Assembly: GCF_001194135.2 (NCBI RefSeq)
Contig: NC_068981.1
Location: forward strand, 54,897,113 to 54,961,112
DNA length: 64,000 bases
Direction: 5' to 3'
From: Octopus bimaculoides
Taxonomy: Eukaryota
The notes under the pieces are model-generated. The model saw only the letters and a program-made list of their open reading frames with translations, was not told the origin of the DNA and searched no databases. A program made the translations under genes and the position numbers. This document shows positions 39,228 to 52,499 of this stretch, piece by piece (the stretch's first letter is position 1; each line of letters starts with the position of its first letter).

Positions 39228-40806
39228 TTCCGTATTGCCTTTTCCAATGTTTTTCAGGCACAGCACTGTCCTACCCATTGTCAACCACTCTGGTGTTACT
39301 TGGTCGGCATTTAACAAGATGTTGAGATGTGCAGCTATTTGTGCATGCCATTCACCAAATCTTTTGTTCCAGTAACCTTGAACTCCGTCTGGTCCCGGGG
39401 CCTTCCAGTTGCCCATTTGTTTGCTGATTTCCTTCACTTCTCTAACTGAAACGACTAGTGCTGCCTGTTTTGGACAGACTACTGTTTGTTTCAGTTCTTG
39501 CAACCATTCAGCATCCTTCTTGTGCTCTTTGTCTTTGCTTCAGATGTCACTCCCAAACCTTTGACTTTCAATATTATCTGCTATCAACTTTTCATCTGTA
39601 CACTCTCCATTTATTTCTTTATAGAATCTCTTCTTATCTACTCTGAATAACCTATTCTGGTGGTAACCCTTCATTCTTTGGTCGTATCTTACCATCTTTG
39701 CTTTCTTTGCAACGAGGCGCTGTTGTTTCAGTTCCTCCATCACCACTTTCAGGCTCTTTCTTTCAATATCGTATTTCCTGTTCAGTGCCCTGTATTTTTG
39801 TTCGCTTTTAAGCTCCTTCTTCTATTTTCGGTCTAATACAAAAATGTCCTTCGAGAGCATATCTAATCCCGCCTGTATTTTTTTTTTCCACTATGGAATT
39901 TTTCGTTTGTCACTCTCATTCTATTTCTTTTTCTTGACATCAACACCCACATTTTCTGCTACAACAATACTTGCTGCTTTGATGAAATTATTTGTTTCTG
40001 TGATTTTTTTTTGTTCTGATGTATTTCAGAATTTCATTCACATTTTTCGTTTCTTGGTTCAATTTCCATCGATCAACCTTTTTTAAGGTTGCAAATAGTA
40101 TCGCTATCGTTCTCCTGTAGCCCTGCCTTTTTTCTGTCGTAGATTGCCTTTTGCTCAGCTGTCATATCACCATTAGTTTTATTGTTTTCTTTCAAACCAT
40201 TTATATATCTCTCATCTAGCAAGCTATCACTGTTTCTTTCTTGTGGTTTATTAGAGATTTCACCTGTTTTCTGTTGTGAGATTACTTTTATCAGTTGGAA
40301 CTGTATTTTCGTCGTTTCCTCTGCTTCTGTTTTCCAGTACCCATCTTTTGATAGGTTCGAGCTCTACTCCTGTGAACCAGCGATTGTTTCTTATTGCTCT
40401 AGCTTCATCACATAATCTCTGTTCTGTGAGTTGAAACAATCCTCTTTCTCTCCATTGATCATACATACGTTGTCGGTATCCCCTAATATGAACACCATTT
40501 ACGTCTACAGGGTTGCTCAGGTAGTAATACTCCATGACCATATCATTGACTTGTTTGTTACATCTACGCCGTGTGTGCTGTTCCCTTGATGGATAACGAT
40601 AGGCTGGAGTCGGACCAGTATCTCTGAGCCTACCGGATGCAACATTGTCATCATCAAGGGCTTGAGTTTCATTACCACAGTTATTCACAATATTTTGTTT
40701 TATTATCACTCATATGAGGTAGCGATTATCAGGTTGCGCAATTACCAGTGTTTTTATTGACACCATCACTAAATGTACCACCAACCAGGACTTGGGGAGG
40801 TTCCAA
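39228..40806 (-). mobile_element. R4/Dong-like LINE, 5' portion (N-terminus to start of RT), 3'-truncated
   Basis: ORFs 40260-40709 (YYLSNP..GYRQRM..EQRLCDEARAIR), 39540-39746, 39186-39503 (NWKAPGPDGVQGYW..GRTVLCLK); (TAA)n-type tracts on both sides. Confidence 0.9.
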
Positions 40807-40920
40807 CTTCTTCCTTTCATTATTATTATCATCATCACTGCTATTATTATTTTCATTTTTTTACTATTTGTCATTGTTAATATTTCCTCTGATCCGACAT
40901 GAGTTTTGGCTAAATTATTA

Positions 40921-40926
40921 TCATTA

Positions 40927-40990
<64 letters not shown>
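40921..40990. repeat. (ATT)n microsatellite
   Basis: About 20 units. Confidence 0.95.
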
Positions 40991-40991
<1 letters not shown>

Positions 40992-41049
40992 TCCATTTAT
41001 TATTAAAAGGTATTATTAAATGTTTAGTTTCAACTTTTGTCTTGTACTT

Positions 41050-41295
41050 GAATATGTGAGGGTTGAAGGGAATAGTAGAAGGAAGAGAATTAGCTTGGTG
41101 AATAGACCAAATTCTACAGGTCTGTAAATACATTCGGCAGATGGTGAGGAGATCAGCAATGGGCATCCATGTGCGATAAGAAGACAAAACAGGACTCACC
41201 CCCTTGGGGTCAGCGGAGGTCAAATGTGTTTTACTACTACTAGCGATTAATAAGAGTGCTGACTTTAGCCTTGAAAAGAACCAAATCACCTTGTT
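41050..41295 (-). mobile_element. Possible LINE RT C-terminal scrap
   Basis: QGDLVLFKAK and SYRTWMPIADL loosely resemble jockey/CR1-type RT; weak. Confidence 0.3.
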
Positions 41296-41334
41296 CTATT
41301 TTTAATTACTGATAGAAAAAATAATAATATATGT

Positions 41335-41930
41335 ATATAGTAAGAAGTTCAGGCTTGTGTAGGATAGAAGATTACAAAGATAAAGCACTGTACAAGGACT
41401 TGAAAATGAATGAAACTGAAAATAGGTGGATAAAGAAAAGAATGCAGGAACAATTTCATAGGGATGTTGAAGATAAGACAGAGAAAAATGATGGCTATGG
41501 ATGACTAAAAATGGTCTAAAACCGGAAACAGTGGCTCTAATCTCTGCTGCCCAAGAGCAAGCATTAAGAGCCAATTACATCAAATACAGAATAAACAACA
41601 CATTAGAAAGTGATAAGTGCAGAATTTGTGGGCAAAATGGGGAAACCGTATGGTATATAGCCAGTCAATGTACGCCACTAGCCCAGAGAGAATATAAGAG
41701 ACGTCATGACAAAATAACAAGGATTGTCCATTGGACACTTTGCAACAAGTATGGACTTGACAGAACAAAAAAGTGGTACGGACATAAACCCGAAGGCATC
41801 ATCGAAAATGATTATGCAACGATCCTATGGGATTTTATGATTCAGTGCGATCATGAGATAGAGAATAAGAAACCAGATATAGTGTTAATTGAGATGGTAA
41901 GCAAATGATGCTGGATCATAGATATAATGC
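41335..41930 (+). mobile_element. R4/Dong-like LINE 3' portion (Zn knuckle and RLE), cut by a SINE
   Basis: ORF 41501-41908: AAQEQALR..KCRICG..HDKITRIVHW..ILWDFMIQCDH..KPDIVLI. Confidence 0.92.
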
Positions 41931-42050
41931 TTAGTGGTATTTCTTTCAGCTTTATGTTCCGTGTTAAAATTCTGCCGAGGTCGACTTTGCCTTTCATCAT
42001 CTAGCGTTGAATAATGGGGACGATAATCGACTTTCCCTCCCTCAAAACGA
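41928..42050 (+). mobile_element. SINE family B fragment
   Basis: ATTCTGCCGAGGTCGACTTTGCCTTTCATC. Confidence 0.8.
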
Positions 42051-43489
42051 GGACGTTTTGTCTTCTTTTGTAATTATTGTTATTTATTGAGTGCCGAATG
42101 GCAGAACTGGAGAGATTTGGGGTTGTGGCAAGGTTTAGAAATCTTCTTCATTATTATTGTTATTGTTACTTGATTTATTGCGGAAAGACGTGCCTTCGGG
42201 CAGCTCTTATTTGAATTATCATATTTGTTTTCTCTATCGTAGTTATATTTATTTTGTTTATTTTAGTTTGCTGTACTAAGGTTGAGGAAAAGAACTGAAA
42301 TGTTTTATGTCTTTCCTATTTAGAAAAGAATTTGTGTTAATTGTTATTTCCTTCTGACATGAAAGCAGGAATACTTTTGAATTCGGTTACTGTTGTGACG
42401 ATGGCAACCGTATGAACTGTTTTTGCGGTATTTTCTTGCTTCCCTTCCGATTCTGAGTTCAAATCCTATTGAGATCAATTCCGCTTCTTATTATTCATGG
42501 TTCGATAAAATATGTATCCGTCAAATACTGAGATCAATAAAAGTCGACTGTATTGCACCTCAGATTTGAAGACTTTAACTCTGATAATTTGTCAATACTT
42601 TTTTAAGTGCATTCCACATTGAAATACTGCTCAAATACATGGACAAATATATTGTGTACTGCATTCACAAACATCCTAGGCTAGATATCCAGAAAGGTCA
42701 TCCAACTGATTAGCAAAACTTGCCTCAACAACCTACAAGCACTGACAGAATAATTTTTTGTTGCCTCTTCTACCATAACTAAAACGGTTTCTGTTTCTCT
42801 AAATTAGCAAACTGTACAATCTTTAATCAAGTCAACTCGATGTATCGACACTGAACAGATGACTAGTCAACCGGAAGTATTCTTGGGTACATCCCACTCG
42901 TTCATATTAATAGGAGACTGGTATGACTTCATAGAAGTATACTGAAATTGTGTGGTGTAGTGGAAAGAGAAGAATGTGTTAAACTTCATACATCAACATT
43001 TATCGAAGGCACTAATGTGAATAGGGGTAGGGTAGGGTGTCCACATTTTCTAACAGCTGACTAAACACACTAAAAACACTTTGTGATTATTACGATCAAC
43101 TCAGGACAACTCAGGATCAACTCGGGACCTGATTACTAGGAACTGATCCCGTTGTTTTCAAGCATGGAAAGCCTACAGTTTAATTTAGTTAAGCAGGAAA
43201 TTAAAGGATTGCGATAAACAATATAATGTGGGTGGGATTAAATAGAAAAATCAAATTAGAATCGGTTAGTTTTAGAAGGATTCATAGTAGAACCTTGGAG
43301 TAGAACCTTGGTAGTGAATAATAAAATCGGTGGAGCGCCGGGAGTTCCAAATCCAGCCATCATTCCAAGTAAATAAAATGAGAGCAAGTTAAAAACTGAT
43401 GTCGATTTAATTGACTAAAAATCAAAAACGATGTGTGGCCCAGTACTTATGTCAGTTACAGCCGATAGGGCGATTAAAGAGATACAGTA

Positions 43490-44308
43490 ACAATGTGGGT
43501 GAAGTTTTACTAATTTGCGTTCTGAGTTCAAACTTTTCTGGTCTCGATTTTGTCCTTCAACCCTCAGGGATCAAAAAAAAAAAAAAAAAAAAAAAAAAGA
43601 TCAATGAAATAATGCCGCACATTTAATTTGCCTCTTCACACAAGAATTATTGTCATTATTATTATTGGGCCAAAGGCGGCGAACTGGCAGAATCATTAGT
43701 ACGCCGAGAAAAATGCTTAGTGGCATTTCGTCCGTCCTTACGTTCTAAGTTCAAATTCCGTCGACATTGCCTTTCATCACTTTGGGGTCGATAAATTAAG
43801 TTCTAGTGAAACACTGGGGTCGATGTAGTCGACTAGTCTCCTCTCCAAAAATGTCAGGTCTTGTGCCTTTAGTAGAAAGGATTATTATTAGGCCGACGGC
43901 ATTTCTTCTGAGTTCAAATGCCACCATGGTTGACACTGCTTTTCATCCTTTCAAGGTCGATGAAATAAGTACCAGTCAAGTACTGGGGCCGATGAAATCA
44001 ACTAGTCCCCTCCCCACAAAATTTCAGGCCTTGAGCCTATAGTAGAAAGTATTATTAATATTGAGCCGGCAGAATCGCTTGAGCGTCGCAAAATGCTTTG
44101 CAGTATTTGTTCCAGTTTTTTATATTCTGAGTTTAAACTCTGTCGTGATCAACTTTGCCTTTCATTCCTCTAGGGTCGATAAAATAAATTACCAGTCAAA
44201 TACTGAGGTCAATAGAATCGACTAACCCCTTCCCTCAAAACTACTGGCCTTCTGCCTAAATCAAAATTCATATTATTGGTTCCAAATTTAGTACAAAGCC
44301 AGAGAAAC

Positions 44309-44348
<40 letters not shown>

Positions 44349-44540
44349 AACACAAAGGCAGCGAGCTGGCAGAATGGTTAGCATGTCACACAATTCTGAG
44401 TTCAAATTCCGCCGAGGTCCACTTTGCCTTTCATCATATCCGGGTATACAATAAGTACCAGTTAAACACCGGGGTCGTTGTAATAGACTTATCTCCTTCC
44501 TCGAAATTGCTGGCCTTGTGCCAAAATTCGAAATCACATT
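43490..44540 (+). mobile_element. Cluster of five co-oriented SINE family B copies
   Basis: B-box motif (T)GAGTT(C/T)AAA or TAAGTTCAAA at about 43523, 43747, 43909, 44128, 44397; units separated by (ATT)-rich linkers. Confidence 0.9.
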
Positions 44541-46884
44541 TTTATTAACAACACTATCGCATGGCGAAGGGTGGCTCCATATAGCGAATAATATTTGGAC
44601 CTATTGAACTGTTGTTAGGTATCGTAGCGTAAAAATACCTTTTCTTGCTGGAATATGAATACATTTGGGAGATGTCAACAGTTTTAATGAAGCCTCCCTT
44701 TATCTGTGTTAAATCTATCTAATATACAACTTCATAAAACCATGTTGCTGGTTGTGTTATTATGGTGGATGTTATCTTTTTCTTTCTTATTTCTGACAAG
44801 GTCAATGTACTGTTTCTATCAAAGAAGCTCAAACGTTCACTGGTTTCACAAAACTTCCCATAACTTATTAGAGAAACATTATCGGTGGGATTGAACATTA
44901 AAGTGGAAGTTAAGTCCTCGGTAATTAAGTCCGTAACCTGTTTATTTATTTAATTCAACTCTTGAATTTCCGGTAATTGCCATTTTAACTCTTTTGCATC
45001 ACTAAATGCTTCTAGAAAGAACATGATCCTCGCAACTGCTATTTCCTTCCTTATTTTTGGGCCTCATGACATTTCTCTTTCAGCTCTATGAAATCATCAC
45101 AAAATTACATCCGAAACCTAGTATGCTATCAAGAGACACGGTGAAGGAGTGGATATTGTATAGGGGAGTCAGTCGTAGAATCGAATTGTTGAAATTAGTC
45201 ATTACTCATTGTACCTCATTTTAGACATCACTTTTTGAAACTTGAAAATGATCAAATTAGATATCAGTGTGAGAAAAATATTGATTTGGAATCAAATAGA
45301 GATAAGAATATTGATTGTTAAGCACCAAAAATTATCCACATATTTTGTTAGCAACCTGAATTACAATCGAATCGAAGTCGAGGAAAGGTTTATTGAAAAA
45401 AAAAGTACTTGTCACTTTTGTTTTAAATTCTCTCAACTTCAAGAATAACAATGATCACCAGTTTCTAATTCCAAAGATGGTGCAACAGTTCAAATTATGA
45501 TGCAAAACTTGCAATGTAATGATTTCAAACAGGTAGGGAGAAAATAACGAGAAATCAAATATTACTCATTTTGCCTCTCAACTCTACAATTTGCTATCGT
45601 GATCTATTTATCACTCTAGCTACATATTTAATACAAGTTATATTAAACAATCAATCAAATAAGTTACTACTTTCCCACTGCTGAGTAAAGGACTTAAATT
45701 TCTAATTTCTGTTTTTCTTCTCTTCTAGTCTTAGTCTTCTGTAAATAATTTCCTCATGGAACTAAAATTTTACAAGCAAGTTGTAAAAAAAAACTGACAC
45801 GATAAAATGAAACGAAACGCACTAGGACTCTGTAAAGTGTCGCAGTTCAAACTATTTCTTCCAGCTAATCTGAACGTGCTTTCAAATTAGCCCTGCACTG
45901 TTCAATTACCGTCTCCCTGGCTTACAACTCTTGATACGTTTATAATCATTAAATTCGTGGGAACTTTACTGTTTCAATTTTTTTAAAGATTTCGTTCCAA
46001 TTGTTTTCAAATTTGGCAACTGATTTAGTTTTGTACACTAATTATGGAGATGAAATTCATTTTTGCCATTAATTAATAAATAAAAAGTTAATAGCTTTTT
46101 TAAGTTTGCAAATTTTGGGTAATCTTAGCAAATTGAAAGCCACAGACAAATTGGTATCCATAGTAACAAGCCAAGGTATCGTCTGCTTAAAATTACTACA
46201 AGTACTTTTTAAATTGTTTCTATGTTTGTTCGAAAATTTACTTTGCATTATTTTATCTGACAGAAAAAAACTTGTGGGTTTTTTTCTGTTGCTTGTTACA
46301 GTTTTGAAATCTTAAAATTAAGTAGTAATTTTCAAATTTGGTATATTGATGTAATTTTTGACGCTGAATCGGATTTTGTAATTCCTTTATTCCTGAAAAA
46401 TTTTAGAAAATGTTCACTAAAACTATTATAAATTGATTAATCTCAGGTTGGTCTGACCCTAAACCTTAATTGTGACCTATCCGTTCTTGGTGGCGGAGGC
46501 ATGCGTCGAACAACCAAGAGACCTGCTTGGTGGAGCGACTATGTGACATTAAATCAATCTTTGACCTCTTATTCTCCACCAACTTGGGTATGCTCGAGAG
46601 AAGTTAGCGTCTCTCCACCACAGTTGGATTAGATTACTTGGCATTCATTTAGGTAAATCTGCCTACCTCAAGCTACATGTAAGGACTTGAGATTGAAAAA
46701 CAAAATCAATTCCAGGGAGGTTTGATCTCATAACAAAAAGAAACTGTTATGCTTATCTAGTGTTCATTTGCATGCTTGAACAACTAGTTTTCGGTGAAGA
46801 ATCATTGGTTTGTTTTCTCCGATTTGAATGTTTATGTATTCAATGTATTCTATAAAGAAAAGTAAAAAAAAATATTGTTTATAC

Positions 46885-46978
46885 CCAGTGGTATACTTCT
46901 CCAGGTGGTTCAACCAAACAAACTCTACTACATCTGTCGTAGATGTTGAATGTAAAATTGTATTTTCATAACATCCGT
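46885..46978 (-). CDS. Weak candidate exon (GCYENTILHSTSTTDVVEFVWLNHLEKYTT)
   Basis: Open frame, donor GG|GTATAA; phase-2 end matches the start of 21471-21751; acceptor weak. Confidence 0.25.
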
Positions 46979-49550
46979 CTATCATGGTTTATAACTTGGA
47001 TGAACAGCAAAATTCTAAATAAACTGTTTGATAGCCTCAAACGTTTGCCAGCTCGGAGTGTATTTTAATTGTTTGGAGACGTGAAATTTATGAAGTTTAA
47101 ACAGTAACATTGAATAACTTAGCAGTGAAGTCGTCGCTCAAAAGGGAAAGCAAAGAATTTATTTAACTTGTTATGTTGGGTGCTACATTAATCGGAAGAA
47201 ACAGGAAAGAAAAGAGAAGCGGAAAAATCCCTTGAAGAAAAAGAATAAACTAGATGGGAAAAATGTATAAAAATAAGATACATGTATATGTCTGTATGTG
47301 TATCTAAATCTGTATCTTTATATGTTTACATAGACACACATGCACTCACAAACACACACATGTGCACGCACGTACAAAGTCGGGTTGAAAGTGAAAGAAA
47401 AAAAAAAGTATTATTTGTTCAGTTGTACTGACATTGTACTGATCACTGATTTATCTCAACGTGCCGTCATCGTTTGGTTTCTTCGTTTATTTAGACTTTT
47501 CCTATCAACATACTTTGACACTGGGATAGTATATGATGTATATTGTCCTTCTCACTTCCGCCTCTGCTGGTAGCTCGCGATCCATTGTTCTATCAAGTGC
47601 TTGCGTATATGTATTTGAGTACATACACACGTATATACATATGTATTTTCTTTTCTCCACTTTTAGAAGTAGAGAAAACACTGTCAGTAGAATTAGGGTA
47701 AGAAATAAGTACTGAACATGAAAGATGTTATTTTAAGGATGAGTTAAATGTCTTCCACCGTTTACAGAAACGTTTCTAGATTTCTATTTCATTGGTGTAG
47801 CTTTGAGAGCTTTTTTTTTCTTCTTAATTTCACTGGTGCACGCACATGCAAATGCATAAATATTTATGCTACTAGCAGTGGTGAAAGTGAAAAAGGAAAC
47901 TCATCATTCACAGACACATTTCCAATTGACAAATATCAATATGGCAATTATGAAAGATAAATATTATTCTCTTTTATTTTCAAAATGATCTATACCTATG
48001 TGTATGAAGAATTTGTAGCATCTCTATTAGGAACAGCGAGCGTATGGCAACATTATTGTTATATGCCAAAGAAGTATTTTGCCTTTCCATGCATCAGTTC
48101 GCTTTAATGGATACTTTGACTTAATGCAAGCCAACAGAAAACCTATACATCATTGCATGACCTGCGATAATTAGCAACCATATATCCTTCAAACATCATA
48201 GTACTATCTTGATAGAGGAATGTTATCCTAAATAGACGAATCTCAAAGAAGGACGAAACGGCTCTGCATGTCCCAAACACGTTTGCTCAAATGTCTGCTC
48301 TGCTAGGCATCGCCTGCTGTTAAACAACAAAAATTTTGACTCAATATTAAAAAAAAAATCATTCTAATTCATTGAGTTGCATCATTTACTGAAAGTTATA
48401 ACCCATCATCTAATCTCTATAACGATATCCAATGTTCTGAAGTGATTAATCTGAGCCAATTTTGCTAAAACTCCGAATCCATTTGCAAACCAATCTCTGT
48501 ATCATTATGACACGAGTTTAGAAATGTTTGTCTGCAGAATATACATGCAAACAAATTTATCGAATTATCTCGCACGATGTAGATAATCTCTTTGTTGTAA
48601 ATTTTCACATGTTATTGAACGTTTATTTCTCAAAGTGGACATTGCCCTTTCAAGACAAACGGAAACGATTAAAGTTCTTAAGGCTGTGTTATGAGAACAA
48701 GACAGTGTTCAAAATAATGATTTTTCTATCGTCTTGGCTTAACAGCCCTCACTGTTTGTTTTTACTGTCTTGTTCTCACTGTCTTGTTCTTACTGTCCTG
48801 TTCTTGTTAACACTTTCACCCTCCGCAAAAAATTCCAAATTTTATTTAATTTGCTTTGCGGGAAGGACTGTTCCAACGAAGGCGTGTATTGTCCTTGCCT
48901 TCCAAACGCTGAGTAGATGGAACAGGGACAACTGACGAAGGGACATACTCTTTATGTTACATGTCTCGTTTCTCTGTATTTTTCGTTGTTCTAAAAAAGT
49001 TCGTTTTGTGTTTTCCTTTTTATGCTTTCGTTTCTCATTGTGTTTAACGTTTTTCTTGATGTTCTGTACCCATGTATGTATACCTATAGATGTAGGTATG
49101 TACATATATGTATAGATATGTGCATATATTTATATATTATTTATATTATTATATGATCGAACGCCACGCATCCATTTCCAAGTATATATATCTTTAATAA
49201 TATGTGACCGAATAACTGTCACATATTATTTACAGATAAATTTCTCTATTTACATAATATAGAGGTCTCTTTCTTTCTTTTGTTGTCTTTTCTACCAATA
49301 NNNNNNNNNNNNNNNNNNNNNNNNNNNNNNNNNNNNNNNNNNNNNNNNNNNNNNNNNNNNNNNNNNNNNNNNNNNNNNNNNNNNNNNNNNNNNNNNNNNN
49401 NNNNNNNNNNNNNNNNNNNNNNNNNNNNNNNNNNNNNNNNNNNNNNNNNNNNNNNNNNNNNNNNNNNNNNNNNNNNNNNNNNNNNNNNNNNNNNNNNNNN
49501 NNNNNNNNNNNNNNNNNNNNNNNNNNNNNNNNNNNNNNNNNNNNNNNNNN

Positions 49551-49569
<19 letters not shown>

Positions 49570-49581
<12 letters not shown>

Positions 49582-49745
49582 CAACGGTCTTCTTTCAGTT
49601 TCCGTGTACCAAATCCACAAACAAGGCTTCGGTCGGCCCGAGGATATAGTAGAAGACACTTGCTCAAGGTGCCACGCAGTGGGACTGAAGCCGGGACCAA
49701 GTGGTTGGTAAGCAAGCTACTTACCACACAGCCACTCCTGCATAC
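49570..49745 (-). mobile_element. SINE family A head
   Basis: CTTACCACACAGCCACTCCTG and GAAGACACTTGCTCAAGGTGCCACGCAGTGGGACTGAA. Confidence 0.9.
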
Positions 49746-49774
49746 ACGCATACATACACACACACATACATACA

Positions 49775-49804
<30 letters not shown>

Positions 49805-49805
<1 letters not shown>

Positions 49806-51120
49806 TAACAAAATAAGGAATGTGGATATCAACGGCCTGTCTATCTCTCGTATCACGAATGATGAATGTAACAAATACTTTCGAGTCAACGGGGATATTA
49901 CATAAATTGGTCCTGAGAGTAAAACTATAGAGACAAAAAGAATACTTCAGCAGACTTCGGAATGTATGAAAGCCAGAACTGTCTGCATTCAATAAAACTA
50001 TATTCAACAATGCATTTGCAGATCCGGTGATAGCATCGCCATTTGGGATATTAGACCGGACACTTGGAGAAACCCACATCTTAGACATCAGGAATAGGAA
50101 GATAATAACAATGACTGGTTATTTCCATATCAACGGTGACATCTACAAGAACTCTGTTAAACAGAGAGATGGAATTATAGGAATATGATCAGGTCAGACT
50201 ATCTTTGAGTTTTGCATCATGTCACTTAGACAATATCTACTGAACAGCAAAGAGAGAAATAAATCTGTCATGTGTTTATTCAACAGTGAAGGGAATAATA
50301 TCAATGAGTTTAAGCGAAGAGCTCCTGAACGGGCAGTCCAAGTTTACAGCTGCTCTATGGGAACAATAACTGGCAGGATTGAGTTATTTCAACAGAGACT
50401 CAAAAGAGAAATGCTCATCGTACTAGCAGAAAGTTATATATGGGTTCATATTCTGCAAGCTAGAGAATGCCTGAAACCTTCACAAGGCTAGCAGCCTTTC
50501 TGGCCTTTGGCAAATACATCACATTTCACCTAGAAGATTATGCTTTTAGTATCCAAGAACAGGTGATTGTTACTAAATACCTGATCAACAAAAGAGATAA
50601 AAATGCTTCTAAGCTTCCAGGATGTAACAGAAACCGGTGAAGAAGAAATCACTAGCTGTTCAAGAAATCAGTAGCTGTCCGCAAGATATTTTCTTCCCAC
50701 GAGACATGACATTATCGCTAGGACAGTCTACAGTGCTATAAGCTGGGAGGATTGTCCAGACGGTCATACCAAAAGCATGCTGGAACCAGAAAGTATCCAC
50801 ACCCTTAAAAATAAACAATACTAGTGGAATATTCCAATAAAAACGAGGTGTAAGCATAACAGGCCAGATATGTTATATGGGATAGGGAGCAAAAGTTGTG
50901 CACCATTGTAAAAATCGGTTAACCAACGGATGTGAATGTCTTCAAAAATTGGAGAAGAAAACATCCATAAAGAACAGATGAAAAACCTACAATCCCTAAA
51001 TCGAGTTTATAGATCTTCATTTGTTTCTATTATCACAGATGCACTGAACTGCGTAACAACAAATCTGCATAGAAACCTGGAAGTGCTTGGGTCCTCCAGA
51101 AAAAGAAAAAGAACTGAGTA
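49805..51120 (+). mobile_element. Decayed R4/Dong-like LINE 3' fragment (RT C-terminus, knuckle, RLE)
   Basis: EYFSRLR..ELSAFNKT..NAFA, IQEQVIVTKY, RHDIIART, KHNRPDM across many stops and frameshifts. Confidence 0.8.
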
Positions 51121-51689
51121 AATTAATTCGTATTCTCCAGATACAGTGTATTAGAGGAACAGTAAAAATTTGTTAAACATTTCAGGGGTTCTTCATCTGA
51201 CGTTCCTGAGAAGAACATATGCACACAATCATATATTCCCTTTGTATGCATAATAATGAAACCTACACACTTGTCTGTAGTAACATCCACATCCACGAAT
51301 GCAAGCTTACCCACACACGCACACATATACATGGAACGCGCACACATACATACATTACGTACACAAACTAATCCAGGTAACTACAAACCCCAAGAGATGC
51401 ATTACTTAAATAAAAGAGCCTTGCAAATTTGTTAGTGACCTGCAAAGGAGAGACTTAAAATAAATCTCAAAGAAGCATACACACAGACACACACACATAC
51501 ACATATGCATAAATATACATTCATACATGCATTCACACATACACAAACCTTTAAAACATATGTTGCAAACTAATACTGTAAGAAAGAAATCTGAAGTCAT
51601 GTGTAGCAAATGACAGGATTATCAGCAGCTAAATAACTTATGCTATATTTATTGAATATTTAGAGTAATGGAGGATGAACCAGTAGACT

Positions 51690-51830
51690 GAATGTCTACT
51701 AGTTCAACCTCCATAGAGTATTTAGTTTCATTGCTGTTTTATTCTGAGTTCAAATCTCGTCTAGTTCGACTTTGTTTTACATTCTCCAGAATCTATAATA
51801 TAAGTATCAGTAATGTACTAGGATTGATTC
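51690..51830 (+). mobile_element. SINE family B, highly diverged
   Basis: TTCTGAGTTCAAATCTCG...CGACTTTG. Confidence 0.55.
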
Positions 51831-52499
51831 AAACCACTGTATTCATTCTTTACATAGTGGCGGCCTTGGGAGAAATCATTAGGGAATAGAACGCTACATT
51901 TATTTTATATATAAACATAAATGCAGACGCTCATGGATATATCCATACATGTATACACAGAGAAATATAAGGCGATTTCCTTATATCATGTATCCGAATG
52001 GTATTAAGTTGTTTACAATAAATATACGAGAGGGAAAAAGATTACAACGTATATGGTGCACGACTGTATGTGTGTATGTGTGCGTGTATTCTCTTAATTT
52101 TATATTTGTTGTAAACAACTTAATATCATATTCATATATCAATCAGCGCAATAAATATACCTCTTTGTGTGTGCTTATGTGCGACCATATATGTGTGTGT
52201 GCCTGCATATGTATTGGTATATAAAATAAATGTTGGAATCTATTCCATAATGATTTCTCATATTCATATTCTTGCGTGACTACCCGTTTATCAACAAAAA
52301 ATCTTTTATAAAGCGGTACTGTTCGTATCCGAGCACATTCCAAAAATACCAAATGAGCTTGAAATTATAGCACACTCTTGATGTTTATTTTTTTAGATTA
52401 CAATGAATACTAGGTAAAAATATGGTAAGACGTTCGATGTTTCAACGGGTAACCACATCGGTGCAGAGATGTGTGAAGCCATAGGACTATTCCTCTTGA

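Noticed and set aside
43020-43040. GGGGTAGGGTAGGG as a G-quadruplex or telomeric seed
   Set aside because: Only three G-runs and not a telomeric array
46490-46560. RRTTKRPAWWSDYV, resembling an LTR pol C-terminus
   Set aside because: Too short and no neighbouring integrase motifs
48528-49105. 135-aa and 87-aa ORFs
   Set aside because: Low-complexity composition with a 15-bp tandem repeat; no motif or splice support
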